Shown here: positions 27,201-35,137 of the stretch, in pieces
Layout of the letters: each line of letters opens with the position of its first letter
How positions within the stretch are numbered: position 1 is the first letter of the stretch
Assembly: GCA_964466575.1 (NCBI GenBank)
Contig: CAYXNP010000008.1
Location: 9,060-45,491 of the forward strand
Source of the DNA: Candidatus Woesearchaeota archaeon
Lineage (GTDB): Archaea; Nanobdellota; Nanobdellia; Pacearchaeales; GW2011-AR1
DNA: 36,432 nucleotides
Direction: 5' to 3'
Program-made: the position numbers and the translations under genes
Notes under the pieces: model-generated
What the model was told of the DNA's origin: nothing
Database searches by the model: none
Seen by the model: only the letters and a program-made list of their open reading frames with translations

Positions 27201-29341
27201 TTGTAGGCGCGAAAGAATACGCATATTTTACAAATAATAAAGAGGAGTATGGGGTTAAAACTCACGGAGTAGGTTTTAGAGCTAGCGGTTATAAAAGTGT
27301 TCTTGATAAATTATTTAGAAGTTTGATTAATGGAGTTGATAAAGATACAGCAATTAAAGAGGCGGTTGGTGTTGCGCCTATGTTAAGAGGTTTTAATTTT
27401 TCACACGTATATGGTAGAACTAGCACGCTATACACGGGATTAGCAGATATTATTAATAAAAAGAAAGAAAGTTTAGGCGAGTATAAAATAGATGATAGTG
27501 TGTTTAAATGTTATCAATATGGAAAAACGGGTTTGTTTATTTCTGATTGTGAGAATATAACAAAAGGCACGTTCGGGTTAATGTTTAGATTGAGTGAGCC
27601 GAAGATTTATTTTTTTAGTGTTAAGTATGGTTTTAATGATAAGATGTTAAAAGAAGTTTTAGAAAATATTGAGGGTATATCTGAAAACGATAGAAAGATT
27701 ATTTTAGAAAGATTAGATAGTAAGTATAGCGAGATTTTATTTTTAGATAAATATTTAGGGAAAAACGAAGATAATGTTAAACGTAGAATTTTAGAGGGTG
27801 TTGTTGGTGAGGGTAATGTTTGCGTGCCTTTTGATTGTGAAGTGAAAGAAGATATTAATATAAGTTTTAATGAGAAAAAGTTAGAGCTTGATGGTGTTGA
27901 ATACTGCGGTATGGTTGAATTACCTAAATTTGATTTTGCTAGTAAAATGCAAGCGGATTTAACAACATTTTACAGCAAGGCGATAACTTCTATAAGCAAG
28001 AGTTTAAGCTATTGGTTTGTTAAAAGGCAAAATCCCGATAATGCAGAAGAGGTTTTTAATAAAAGAAATAGCGAGTTGTTGATACCACAGAAGAAAAACG
28101 AGATATTAGTGCCGTTAAATATGGTTGAAGTGCCTGAAAGTGAGGCACAGATTAAGCTAGCCCTAGAAGAGAGAGAAAAGAAGAAAGTTTTAGATAAATA
28201 TTTTATGAAAACAGAAACGGGCGGTTATTATGGATTAAAAAAGAAAGTTGATTTTAGTGAGATTAAAGATGAACTTTTAACAATATTAAAACCTAGAAAC
28301 ACAATAATAACAGAAGAGTTTAATAAAAAGAAATATTGGTTTGAGGTTACTAGCTATAAAGCAAATAACTTTAATGCAGTTTTAAGGATTAATGTAGTTG
28401 TTGGAAATCCGCCAATACTAAAATATTATTTATGGATTAATCCAAGACATTTTAACTCTTTTTTTAATGTTGATTTGTGGAACGCGAGCTATACGGATTT
28501 AATGTTTAGTAGTGAGGGGTTAAGTAATGTTGTGAATAAGGTGTTTGAAATTGCTTATAATAATTCAGAACATTCGCACGGAGTTGTTTATAATTCTATT
28601 TTAAGCGGGTTTAGTAGAGGCGCGAGTTATAGCTTAAATGATTTGAAAAAGAATAATAAATATTTTTTAGATATTTGTTATAGCGTTGCGTGTTCGTTTA
28701 TTGTTATGAATAGTGTTAAGCATAGCAGTTTAAAGATAGGGCGTTTAGATTTGAGTAAAAATATTAATATGAATGTTGGAAAGGATAGGCAAGATTTAGT
28801 TATATCTTTTTTACAAACGCAAATGAATAAAGAAGTTGGTGATTTTTTAGATTTTAAGAGTAATAATAATTTTGTTGATAGGGTTAGATTGAGTGAAAAA
28901 ATTTATACGGCTAGTAGCGGGCATTATAGCGGGCTTGTGAATAAACGAACAAAAATAAGCCAAGTAATTTATAACAAGAGCCAACAGCTAGATTATAAAT
29001 TATTAAAGAGTTGTAGAAAGAAAAGTTTTAATTCTAGACAAATAACTAAATTTTATGAACAGAAATTAGAGATAGAGCGAAAAAATAAAGATACTAATGT
29101 GTGGCGTTTAGAAGTTCAAGCATACGGATATAAAGCAATTCAGAAAGCCGTTAATAGCTATGATAAGATTATGAAGAAAATGGAAAATTTGCTTTTGATT
29201 GTGATTAGATTAATTAATAAGATTGATATGAGTGATTTTGTTTTATTAACACAATTAGGTGAAGAGAGTAAAGCGTTTAGTTTTTGGTTTAATGATATTG
29301 TGAAAGAGAGATATAAACCGCCGTTGCTTTTGGTTACGTGA
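24230..29341 (+). CDS. polB: Giant family B DNA polymerase (1703 aa) with an intact 3-prime-5-prime exonuclease, an about 290-aa N-terminal extension and an about 700-aa C-terminal extension of unknown function
   Basis: Ordered motifs: Exo I YYDIETDY, Exo II IAHNSNFDI, Exo III YLIKDLFVTD, Pol A DFASLYPH, Pol B KIILNAGYG, Pol C YYSDTDS, KxY GAKEYAY. Confidence 0.85.
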   Translation: MINLELEDFENNKRIVNSFCLENKSNKNSSAGVTSVMGRSKNTRSSFLFDTIELNRQEQLLEVARNLKKGERGVCLTYIASKLKKNDENKKFFEKVVKTIKDKREFDISEELKKGYNVFEKGYSKKLVDKTEHGREIVKALYGYERELIIKRGINEVWDDYKARVSLIEDKEKRERKFKECEEAKAFLEARGFLEFIPDARNGIQIYHSLRLMENSGGLKITREDYNVLDLGFKEDMIKGTLAESGLNELNEELKEVNELVKKELESKNMVVEFKPEIPKPAKNDYGDFGLMNKGNKKFTKIYYDIETDYKQEACLIGVYNKDLKRIVLAQIVKEIRLKEGEQKINPRFEKSYKDGFEIIKCEVVNGYEAVFLADCESYLACVCNSLMRQGDKTPSILKEMIKGVDINFNYFSEIYNNKRRSLWIAHNSNFDINKLNLTARNGLKHIDSSGVKVEDIIINTFGNKKRYLGYLFNPDKNLNEREKWGVSYKLGNRNIGVYFKASTQKYGLWEKPEIELKPIQKESDNYVYALDSVLVARALQKKSASLKNLGDEYDLEVKKAESEYNFKGGELWSSAEKDIKEVEYLIKDLFVTDYVFRELTKELDVIENLLGLVKIDKDRIKKHASEMPYLYRVYSTASLSKLFYQIKYSEDYDDWKVKHGNSKFYENINELFKEVYSGGRVEIFRHGIIKDKKIVYSDFASLYPHTSYLTNVEPLMNDILNKKLKFTSDIEEIEYSFWVMIHKLAKKIKNKEPLVKEDFCDSAVLNVKINNINLRLSRKANIFRGKVKTDANKRNRCDLIINKGSVVNVSCYDLCYSVLEQHLINNINLEDLQKDIIFNKGLMVVPSYRTSKNEDMHTLLYERRGSIKNEIKGIEKIKENEEKIKHLKSQSEFIKIILNAGYGITAEFNNDRAGQFYNPILASSITGMARLMNNITEISTRFYGFDVYYSDTDSCLMDSGGYDIVSNLFKDVCELKNELSENVFVNNMLIVGAKEYAYFTNNKEEYGVKTHGVGFRASGYKSVLDKLFRSLINGVDKDTAIKEAVGVAPMLRGFNFSHVYGRTSTLYTGLADIINKKKESLGEYKIDDSVFKCYQYGKTGLFISDCENITKGTFGLMFRLSEPKIYFFSVKYGFNDKMLKEVLENIEGISENDRKIILERLDSKYSEILFLDKYLGKNEDNVKRRILEGVVGEGNVCVPFDCEVKEDINISFNEKKLELDGVEYCGMVELPKFDFASKMQADLTTFYSKAITSISKSLSYWFVKRQNPDNAEEVFNKRNSELLIPQKKNEILVPLNMVEVPESEAQIKLALEEREKKKVLDKYFMKTETGGYYGLKKKVDFSEIKDELLTILKPRNTIITEEFNKKKYWFEVTSYKANNFNAVLRINVVVGNPPILKYYLWINPRHFNSFFNVDLWNASYTDLMFSSEGLSNVVNKVFEIAYNNSEHSHGVVYNSILSGFSRGASYSLNDLKKNNKYFLDICYSVACSFIVMNSVKHSSLKIGRLDLSKNINMNVGKDRQDLVISFLQTQMNKEVGDFLDFKSNNNFVDRVRLSEKIYTASSGHYSGLVNKRTKISQVIYNKSQQLDYKLLKSCRKKSFNSRQITKFYEQKLEIERKNKDTNVWRLEVQAYGYKAIQKAVNSYDKIMKKMENLLLIVIRLINKIDMSDFVLLTQLGEESKAFSFWFNDIVKERYKPPLLLVT

Positions 29342-29393
29342 GATTTTTTATTTTTATTATTAATAATTTTGGTTAGCTTTTGCTTTAATTTCT

Positions 29394-29476
29394 CTATTAA
29401 GTGAATGTATTACTACATATTACTACATTCACTTACTTTTGTGTTTTGAAGTGAATGTATTACTACATTCACTTAC
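29394..29476. repeat. Two tandem copies of the palindrome AAGTGAATGTA-TTAC-TACATTCACTT, each followed by ACTTTTGTG and a T-rich tract; terminator- or origin-like hairpins downstream of polB
   Basis: A perfect 11-bp inverted repeat in copy B (29447-29472); copy A carries a 10-nt internal duplication. Confidence 0.55.
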
Positions 29477-29949
29477 TTTTGTGGTATTTTTTAAGTAGGA
29501 TATTTACACGAACGAATATGTCGCCTTTATTATTACTATAAGTTAAGCTATTCTCCGAACGATTAGAGTTTGAAATAAGGTTATGATTGTTGTGTTGATG
29601 AATATATTAGTTTTTTTATTATTCTTTTAGTATTTTTCAGTGTTTTACAGCATATAACCGCCATCACGCGCGTATTAAATTAACTTATAAGGTGAGAATT
29701 TTTAGGTATTATTCTATTGAAAGGGGTTGTTGTGGCTAGAATGAAGATGAAAGGATATAAGTAAAGAATTTCAGCAAGGGATTAGCAATAGGTTTTAATA
29801 TTGTTTCTCTAACATTAATCTTGTGTGATGTCCCATAATTACTTTACACTTTAGATTTATCTAAGGTGGTATTTTATAGATAATAATTGGGAACCAAAAG
29901 TATTTTAATAATTGAATATATAGAAATTCATAATAGGAGGACTATTAAA

Positions 29950-30072
29950 ATGAATGACAATGAATTTATCGACGACATTTTAGGACATCACCGAATAGGA
30001 AACAAAGCCATTACTGAAATGGAATTAAGTAAAGAGATTAATGAACTCTTTGATGTGAATAGAGAAATGTGA
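29950..30072 (+). CDS. Small hypothetical protein (40 aa from ATG 29950, SD AGGAGG)
   Basis: A strong SD, AATAGGAGGACT, is 8 nt upstream. Confidence 0.3.
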   Translation: MNDNEFIDDILGHHRIGNKAITEMELSKEINELFDVNREM

Positions 30073-30400
30073 ATTTTATTTTTTCTTTTTTATTAATGAA
30101 GTTGCGATTAGGAAGCAGTTAAAGATTTTCTATTTGCAAGAAGGGAAAGAGAATTAAAATGGTTTGGAATAAAGTTATAAAACCAGATTTAAAAAATGAG
30201 CAAGAAAAGGTAGCTTTATGCGTTTAAACGCTATTCTAGGGAAAGGATAAAGAAAGATATTTATAGTAGCGGTGTGTTATAAAAATACAAAGGTTTATTT
30301 TTCACGTCGGAATTTTGAAACAAAAACAATACTTCTTATTTAATTACTACTATTTTATACATAACCAATATACTTAAAAGTGTATAGGGTTAAGTGTCTT

Positions 30401-30503
30401 TTCGGCGGGGGCGTTCCTCAATTTGAACAGTTCAAATCTCTGCTCGCGAGCTCACTCACATCAAGCGATTTGGTAAGTTCGTGAACGTCGCTCGGCGGGG
30501 GCG
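30401..30503 (+). mobile_element. Right-end attachment-site remnants: two copies of the tRNA-Glu 3-prime terminus (TTCGGCGGGGGCG at 30401-30413; CTCGGCGGGGGCG at 30491-30503) with a decayed T-loop copy (CAGTTCAAATCTCTG) between them
   Basis: Identical to the T-stem 3-prime strand plus acceptor 3-prime strand of the tRNA at 17181-17192; direct repeats bracket the element 17194-30503. Confidence 0.6.
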
Positions 30504-30517
30504 TATATTTTAAAAAC

Positions 30518-31486
30518 TTGTTTTTCTTTTCTTGTTTTATGGAAAAGAGGTTGAAGAAGTTTGTTAAATCAGTATGGAATTTGCGTTGGTATACAAAAAC
30601 TCTTCTCATTATTTTAATTTTATTTGTCATTTGGTTTTTGATTTTAACTTTTAAAACAGGATTGATTTTTAAAGGCGAGATTGATAAAAGGGATTTTGGT
30701 TATTGGAATTATGAAAATGGAATTATTGCTGGTGCAGAAGAATTTGAATTACCAGGGAATAAAGAAACTTGTTGGTTATTGATCCATAGTTATTCTTCGA
30801 CGCCGATGGAGATGAAAGAAGTTTCTGAAAGAATTAATAATGAATTTGGAGATTATGTTTTTGTTCCGCGTTTGAAAGGGCATGGTGAAGTTCCAAGTCA
30901 AATAAAAGATTTATCTTTAGATGATTGGTATGAACAAGTTGAAGAAGATTTTGATTTGTTGAAAAGTGGGTGTGAAAATGTTAATGTTGTTGGAAGTAGT
31001 TTTGGAGGGGCATTGACTTTAAGATTGGCTGAACAAAAAGATTTGAAAAATGTTTATCTTGCGAATGCTTATTTGACGACGACAAATCGTTGGTATTATG
31101 GGTTCCCTGTTGATTTTTATTTAGATTATTTTTCAGATTATTTGATTTATACAGAGAAAGTAGAAATTGGACAGATTAATGATCCTGAAGGATTGAAGAT
31201 GCATGTTGCATATAGGAATTTTCCAATACAGCCTGTTAAAAATTCTTTTGGATTTTTGGAAACAACAAAAAATGAATCTTGGAAAGTTGAAGAGCCTGTT
31301 TTAATTTTACATTCGCCAAACGATGTTACTGCTGATTTTGATACGATGAAAAAAATTTTTGAAGATGTTTCTAGTGAAGTAAAGGGGTTTAAGGAATTTC
31401 CAAAATCTAATCATATTTTGTTTTTAGATTATGATAATGAAGAAGTAATAAAAAGTATTTTAGATTTTGAAAAGGAGAACAGATGA
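30518..31486 (+). CDS. Alpha/beta-hydrolase fold protein (esterase/lipase-like) with an N-terminal TM
   Basis: Nucleophile elbow GSSFGG (VVGSSFGGALTL); TM helix LLIILILFVIWFLILTF. Confidence 0.6.
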   Translation: MFFFSCFMEKRLKKFVKSVWNLRWYTKTLLIILILFVIWFLILTFKTGLIFKGEIDKRDFGYWNYENGIIAGAEEFELPGNKETCWLLIHSYSSTPMEMKEVSERINNEFGDYVFVPRLKGHGEVPSQIKDLSLDDWYEQVEEDFDLLKSGCENVNVVGSSFGGALTLRLAEQKDLKNVYLANAYLTTTNRWYYGFPVDFYLDYFSDYLIYTEKVEIGQINDPEGLKMHVAYRNFPIQPVKNSFGFLETTKNESWKVEEPVLILHSPNDVTADFDTMKKIFEDVSSEVKGFKEFPKSNHILFLDYDNEEVIKSILDFEKENR

Positions 31487-32961
31487 AGAAAATAGTTAAA
31501 AAAAATGGGAAGTTAAGTAAAAAGAAGATTGTAATTTATATTTTGTTGGCGATTTTTTGTTTTTATGGAATTATGTTTTTGTACCATTCTTCGAAGCCAT
31601 TGCCTGACGGAGTTAGTTTTGAAGGAGAAATTTACGAAGTTGATGCGAACAATGTTGAATTTATTTATGATATAACTTATAGAGATGAGTATGATAATGA
31701 AATTATTGAGCAGAAAATTTTTGATAAAGTGTTAGAGACAATTGATAATGCTGAGGAATTTATTCTTCTTGATTTTTTCTTGTGGGATGCTGGCGAGGAT
31801 GTTCATAGGGATTTATCTACGGAGTTAGTTAATCATTTAATTGAAAAGAAAAAAGAAAATCCCGAGATAAAGATTAATTTTATGACAGACAGTTATAATA
31901 CTTTTTATGGTTCGAAAAGACATGAAGGTTTTGATAAATTAGAAGAGAATGGGATTGAAGTTGGTTTTACTGATTTAGATAAATTGCGAGATAGTAATCC
32001 TATTTATTCGGCGGCTTGGAGGATTTTTTTTAAGCCATTTGGAGTTCCTGAAAAATGTGAAAAGAGTTTGATTAAATTAGGAGGTGAGAAACGATGCATT
32101 CGGTCTGCGTTGAAAGCTTTGAATTTTAAAGCAAATCATAGAAAAGTTCTTGTTGCTGATAATTATATTAATGGTTCTAAAAAAGTTGTTTCGATTGTGA
32201 CTTCTGCGAATCCAAGTTCGCATGGAAGCAAATATTCTAATGTGGCGTTGTATATTGAAGACGAGATTTGGAAAGATATTTATTATTCTGAAAAAGCTGT
32301 TGCTGATTTTTCTAAGGAAAATTTTGTCGAGCACGATTTTGATATAGATAATGTTAATATTGAAGATTCGGCAACTGTTCAGTTTTTGACAGAGGGTAAA
32401 ATAAAAAAGAATTTTGTCGACGAGATTGATAAAACTGTTGGGGGCGAGAGTATTGATATTGCGCAGTTTTTGTTGACAGAGAGGGAGGTTATAGATTCTT
32501 TGATTAAGGCGTCTAAGAGAGGAGTTGAAGTAAGATTAGTTTTGGATCCGAGTTATTATTTATTTGGAAAAGATTCTAAGGGAATTCCTAATCGTTTGGC
32601 AGCGAGGGATTTAGTTAATGAAGGTAAGGGGGATATTAATGTCAGATGGTATGATACTCATGGCGAGGAATTTCACAGCAAGATTATGGTTATTAAAAAG
32701 AAAAATGGCAGGACAATTGTTTTTTTAGGGAGCGCAAATCTTACGCGAAGAAATATTGATGATTATAATTTGGAAGCTGATGTGAAGTTAGTTGCGCAGA
32801 ACGATTCGAAGGTTGTTCAAGATATTTATGCTTTTTTTGAAAGAATTTATAATAATGAAAATGGGCATTATACTTTGGATTATGAAGAAAAGAAAGATAA
32901 TTCTAAATGGAAATATTTTAAGTATAGATTTCAAGAAGCAACGGGAATTTCTGTTTGGTGA
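31483..32961 (+). CDS. Phospholipase D-like (two HKD motifs) membrane-anchored protein; cardiolipin-synthase or PLD-nuclease superfamily
   Basis: HKD-1 NHRKVLVADN...GSKKVVSIVTSANPS; HKD-2 FHSKIMVIKK...FLGSANLTRRN; an N-terminal TM. Confidence 0.65.
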   Translation: MKKIVKKNGKLSKKKIVIYILLAIFCFYGIMFLYHSSKPLPDGVSFEGEIYEVDANNVEFIYDITYRDEYDNEIIEQKIFDKVLETIDNAEEFILLDFFLWDAGEDVHRDLSTELVNHLIEKKKENPEIKINFMTDSYNTFYGSKRHEGFDKLEENGIEVGFTDLDKLRDSNPIYSAAWRIFFKPFGVPEKCEKSLIKLGGEKRCIRSALKALNFKANHRKVLVADNYINGSKKVVSIVTSANPSSHGSKYSNVALYIEDEIWKDIYYSEKAVADFSKENFVEHDFDIDNVNIEDSATVQFLTEGKIKKNFVDEIDKTVGGESIDIAQFLLTEREVIDSLIKASKRGVEVRLVLDPSYYLFGKDSKGIPNRLAARDLVNEGKGDINVRWYDTHGEEFHSKIMVIKKKNGRTIVFLGSANLTRRNIDDYNLEADVKLVAQNDSKVVQDIYAFFERIYNNENGHYTLDYEEKKDNSKWKYFKYRFQEATGISVW

Positions 32962-32966
32962 AATAT

Positions 32967-33458
32967 TTATATAAAAAGATTAAGATATTTTTTCATGTTT
33001 GGTAAAAATTCATTAGGATTTTTATTTAGTTCTTTTAATAATTCTTCTTTTGAAAACCATTTCACTTCCTCAACTTCTTCCCTTTGAATTTTAAAATCAT
33101 CAGTGTTTTTATCAAGAATCAATATGAACCATTGAGTGAAATAGTTGTATTCATTTTGGGTTCTTGTTTTTGGTCCTAGTTTAGGTTTAATATTTTTTAT
33201 GCCTAATTCTTCTTCTGCTTCTTTAATAATGTTTAATTTATATGTTTCCCCTTTTTCAACTGTTCCTGCAACAGCGGGTCCCCATTTTCTTGGATGATGC
33301 AATTTATTGCGATGGCGTTTTGCTAACAATATATCTTCCTTTGAATTGATTAACCATAATGCTGAAACTCTGTATATATCTTTTTTCTTTAGAGAATTTC
33401 TTTTTTTAAATCCAATGAGATTATCTTTTTCGTCAACAATAATTATTTCTGATACCAT
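32967..33458 (-). CDS. Nudix hydrolase
   Basis: Nudix box GTVEKGETYKLNIIKEAEEELGI (Gx5Ex7[RK]EAxEELG). Confidence 0.7.
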   Translation of the reverse strand: MVSEIIIVDEKDNLIGFKKRNSLKKKDIYRVSALWLINSKEDILLAKRHRNKLHHPRKWGPAVAGTVEKGETYKLNIIKEAEEELGIKNIKPKLGPKTRTQNEYNYFTQWFILILDKNTDDFKIQREEVEEVKWFSKEELLKELNKNPNEFLPNMKKYLNLFI

Positions 33459-33534
33459 ATTATAATTTGATAATAATAGTTGATAAATTTGGATTAATTA
33501 GTTTATTATTCGCGAACGTAAGTGGGTGCTATTT

Positions 33535-33786
33535 TTATTTAACCAATAAAACAGCGTCGTTAGGGCGGACTTTGTCTGGAACTTTTATTCCGATGTGGTT
33601 GCCTTTCTTTGCTGATTTAACTGATTTATGTTCAATTTGGATTTCTTTGACATTTGTTTCAAAGTCAGTTGTTGAACCTTTAATATGGATTTTATCTCCG
33701 ACATTTAAAGCACCTGAAAGTTTTATTGCAGCCACTTTTACATGACTGAAATAACTTGAAACTCTGCCAATTTCTTTTTCTGTCAT
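33535..33786 (-). CDS. Small beta-barrel protein (83 aa), possibly an EF-Tu domain-2-like fold
   Basis: ORF track; a beta-rich pattern (VKVAAIKLSGALNVGDKIHIKG); family uncertain. Confidence 0.3.
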   Translation of the reverse strand: MTEKEIGRVSSYFSHVKVAAIKLSGALNVGDKIHIKGSTTDFETNVKEIQIEHKSVKSAKKGNHIGIKVPDKVRPNDAVLLVK

Positions 33787-34140
33787 AGTTTATTGAAGAA
33801 GAAGGGATATTTAAATTTTGCTAATAGGAAATAATGGCGAAATTGCTCTGCTCGCAACCCTGCTCAGTAATTTATTATTTAATTTCTCCTTCGCAAAATT
33901 GCTCACTCATAACCCCGCTCGGTTATTATTTAATAAATTTGTCCTTCACAAATTTGCTTGCTTACACGTTCGCGAGGATAAATTAAAAGCCATAAATTGA
34001 ATTTGATTCAACATTGATAATAATATTGATAAATCTGGGTTAATATAATTTTTGGGCTTTGGATTGGGGTTATTATATCACGAGCTTGCGAGTGCTAATT
34101 CAGAGCGTGTCTAAAAAATAGTTTTTTCTAATGACTTATT

Positions 34141-34325
34141 CCGACGCAATTTCATAGTCCAAATTCACGCCCACGTTTTGTTATTAATAAGAATTTACAT
34201 CAAAACGTAAACGCTCACCATCCACTCCCCTAACTCGAGCCCACGATTTGTTATTATTTTCTAATTTGTCAAATCGTAAACTCTCGCCACCCCCGAGTAG
34301 TTAGTGAATTAATGAAATGCGTCGG
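34141..34325. repeat. Stem-loop repeat family copy D (expanded): the same closing stem as copy C, but the loop carries two inserted hairpin modules (CCCACGTTTTG...CAAAACGTAAACGCTC and CCCACGATTTG...CAAATCGTAAACTCTC)
   Basis: Alignment by eye with 16345-16440; the modules are bounded by CGAG/CCGAG. Confidence 0.55.
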
Positions 34326-34408
34326 TAAATAATTTTATATTTAATGAATTATTAGACATGCTCGTTAATTCAAAACATTTTAAAACTCTCGAGATAAAAT
34401 TATTGTAA

Positions 34409-34540
34409 AGCCCTGTCGTATAGTGGTCAAGTATACAGCCCTCTGGTCGAGCTAGTTCACGTTTGAATAAGAATATAAACAAGGAAAGTAGTGGACTAAG
34501 GAGAAAGGCTGTGACCCAGGTTCGAATCCTGGCAGGGCTA
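34409..34540 (+). tRNA. tRNA-Gln(CUG) with a 59-nt intron at 37/38 (exon 1 34409..34446, exon 2 34506..34540), an A1-U72 pair, and an oligo-T terminator downstream
   Basis: Manual fold: acceptor AGCCCTG/CAGGGCT, anticodon stem CAGCC/GGCTG, loop CUCUGG|A, T-arm CCAGG-TTCGAAT-CCTGG; TTTTTCTTT follows. Confidence 0.65.
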
Positions 34541-34815
34541 TTTTTCTTTAGGCTTTATTGAAAATCTTCTTTATTTGGAATTTTTTGAGTTAGTAATCGC
34601 CCACTAAATTTCGTCTCCATTTTATTCCGACGAAAACTCGTAACTTCGCCCACCTTCCCACACTTACACCCTTATCACGAAATTACTCGCCCACCCTTAT
34701 TTAATATTTTGAATTGCCCAAATTTTACCTAACTCAAAAAATTCATATCTTTTCAACAGAGCCTTTTCTTTAGAAACATTTTTATATTCTGTTTTTTTTA
34801 TTTTATTGAAAAAAG

Positions 34816-35136
34816 ATGGCATGGAATATAGCACTTATAATTACGGCGGTTGTTATTATTGCGATTTGGGTTTTAATTGAGATGAAAAGGATGAGGCACA
34901 AGTTTTTTGCTGTATTTTTGATAGTTTTGATATTATTCTTTTATGTTAGTGCTTATTATGTTTTTAAAGACAGAGAAGTAGATTTGAAAAGTTATTCAGG
35001 GATAAAAGAAGCATCGGGAATTTATTTTACTTATTTAGGAGGTGTTTTTGGAAATATGAAATCTATAACAACTAATGCAATAAAAATGAATTGGGGCGGA
35101 AGTAATTCTAGTCTTGATCCTAATCTAAGAGATTGA
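34816..35136 (+). CDS. Small membrane protein, paralog A of a tandem pair
   Basis: An N-terminal TM; shared motif YLGGVFGNxK...NAIKMNWG with the downstream ORF. Confidence 0.45.
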   Translation: MAWNIALIITAVVIIAIWVLIEMKRMRHKFFAVFLIVLILFFYVSAYYVFKDREVDLKSYSGIKEASGIYFTYLGGVFGNMKSITTNAIKMNWGGSNSSLDPNLRD

Positions 35137-35137
35137 A

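Noticed and set aside
29480-29890. Possible terminal inverted repeats of a linear protein-primed replicon at the polB-proximal end
   Set aside because: No matching inverted copy was found at the other end of the element (17194-17250). The integrase plus att direct repeats argue for an integrated circular form. The palindromes here are local hairpins.
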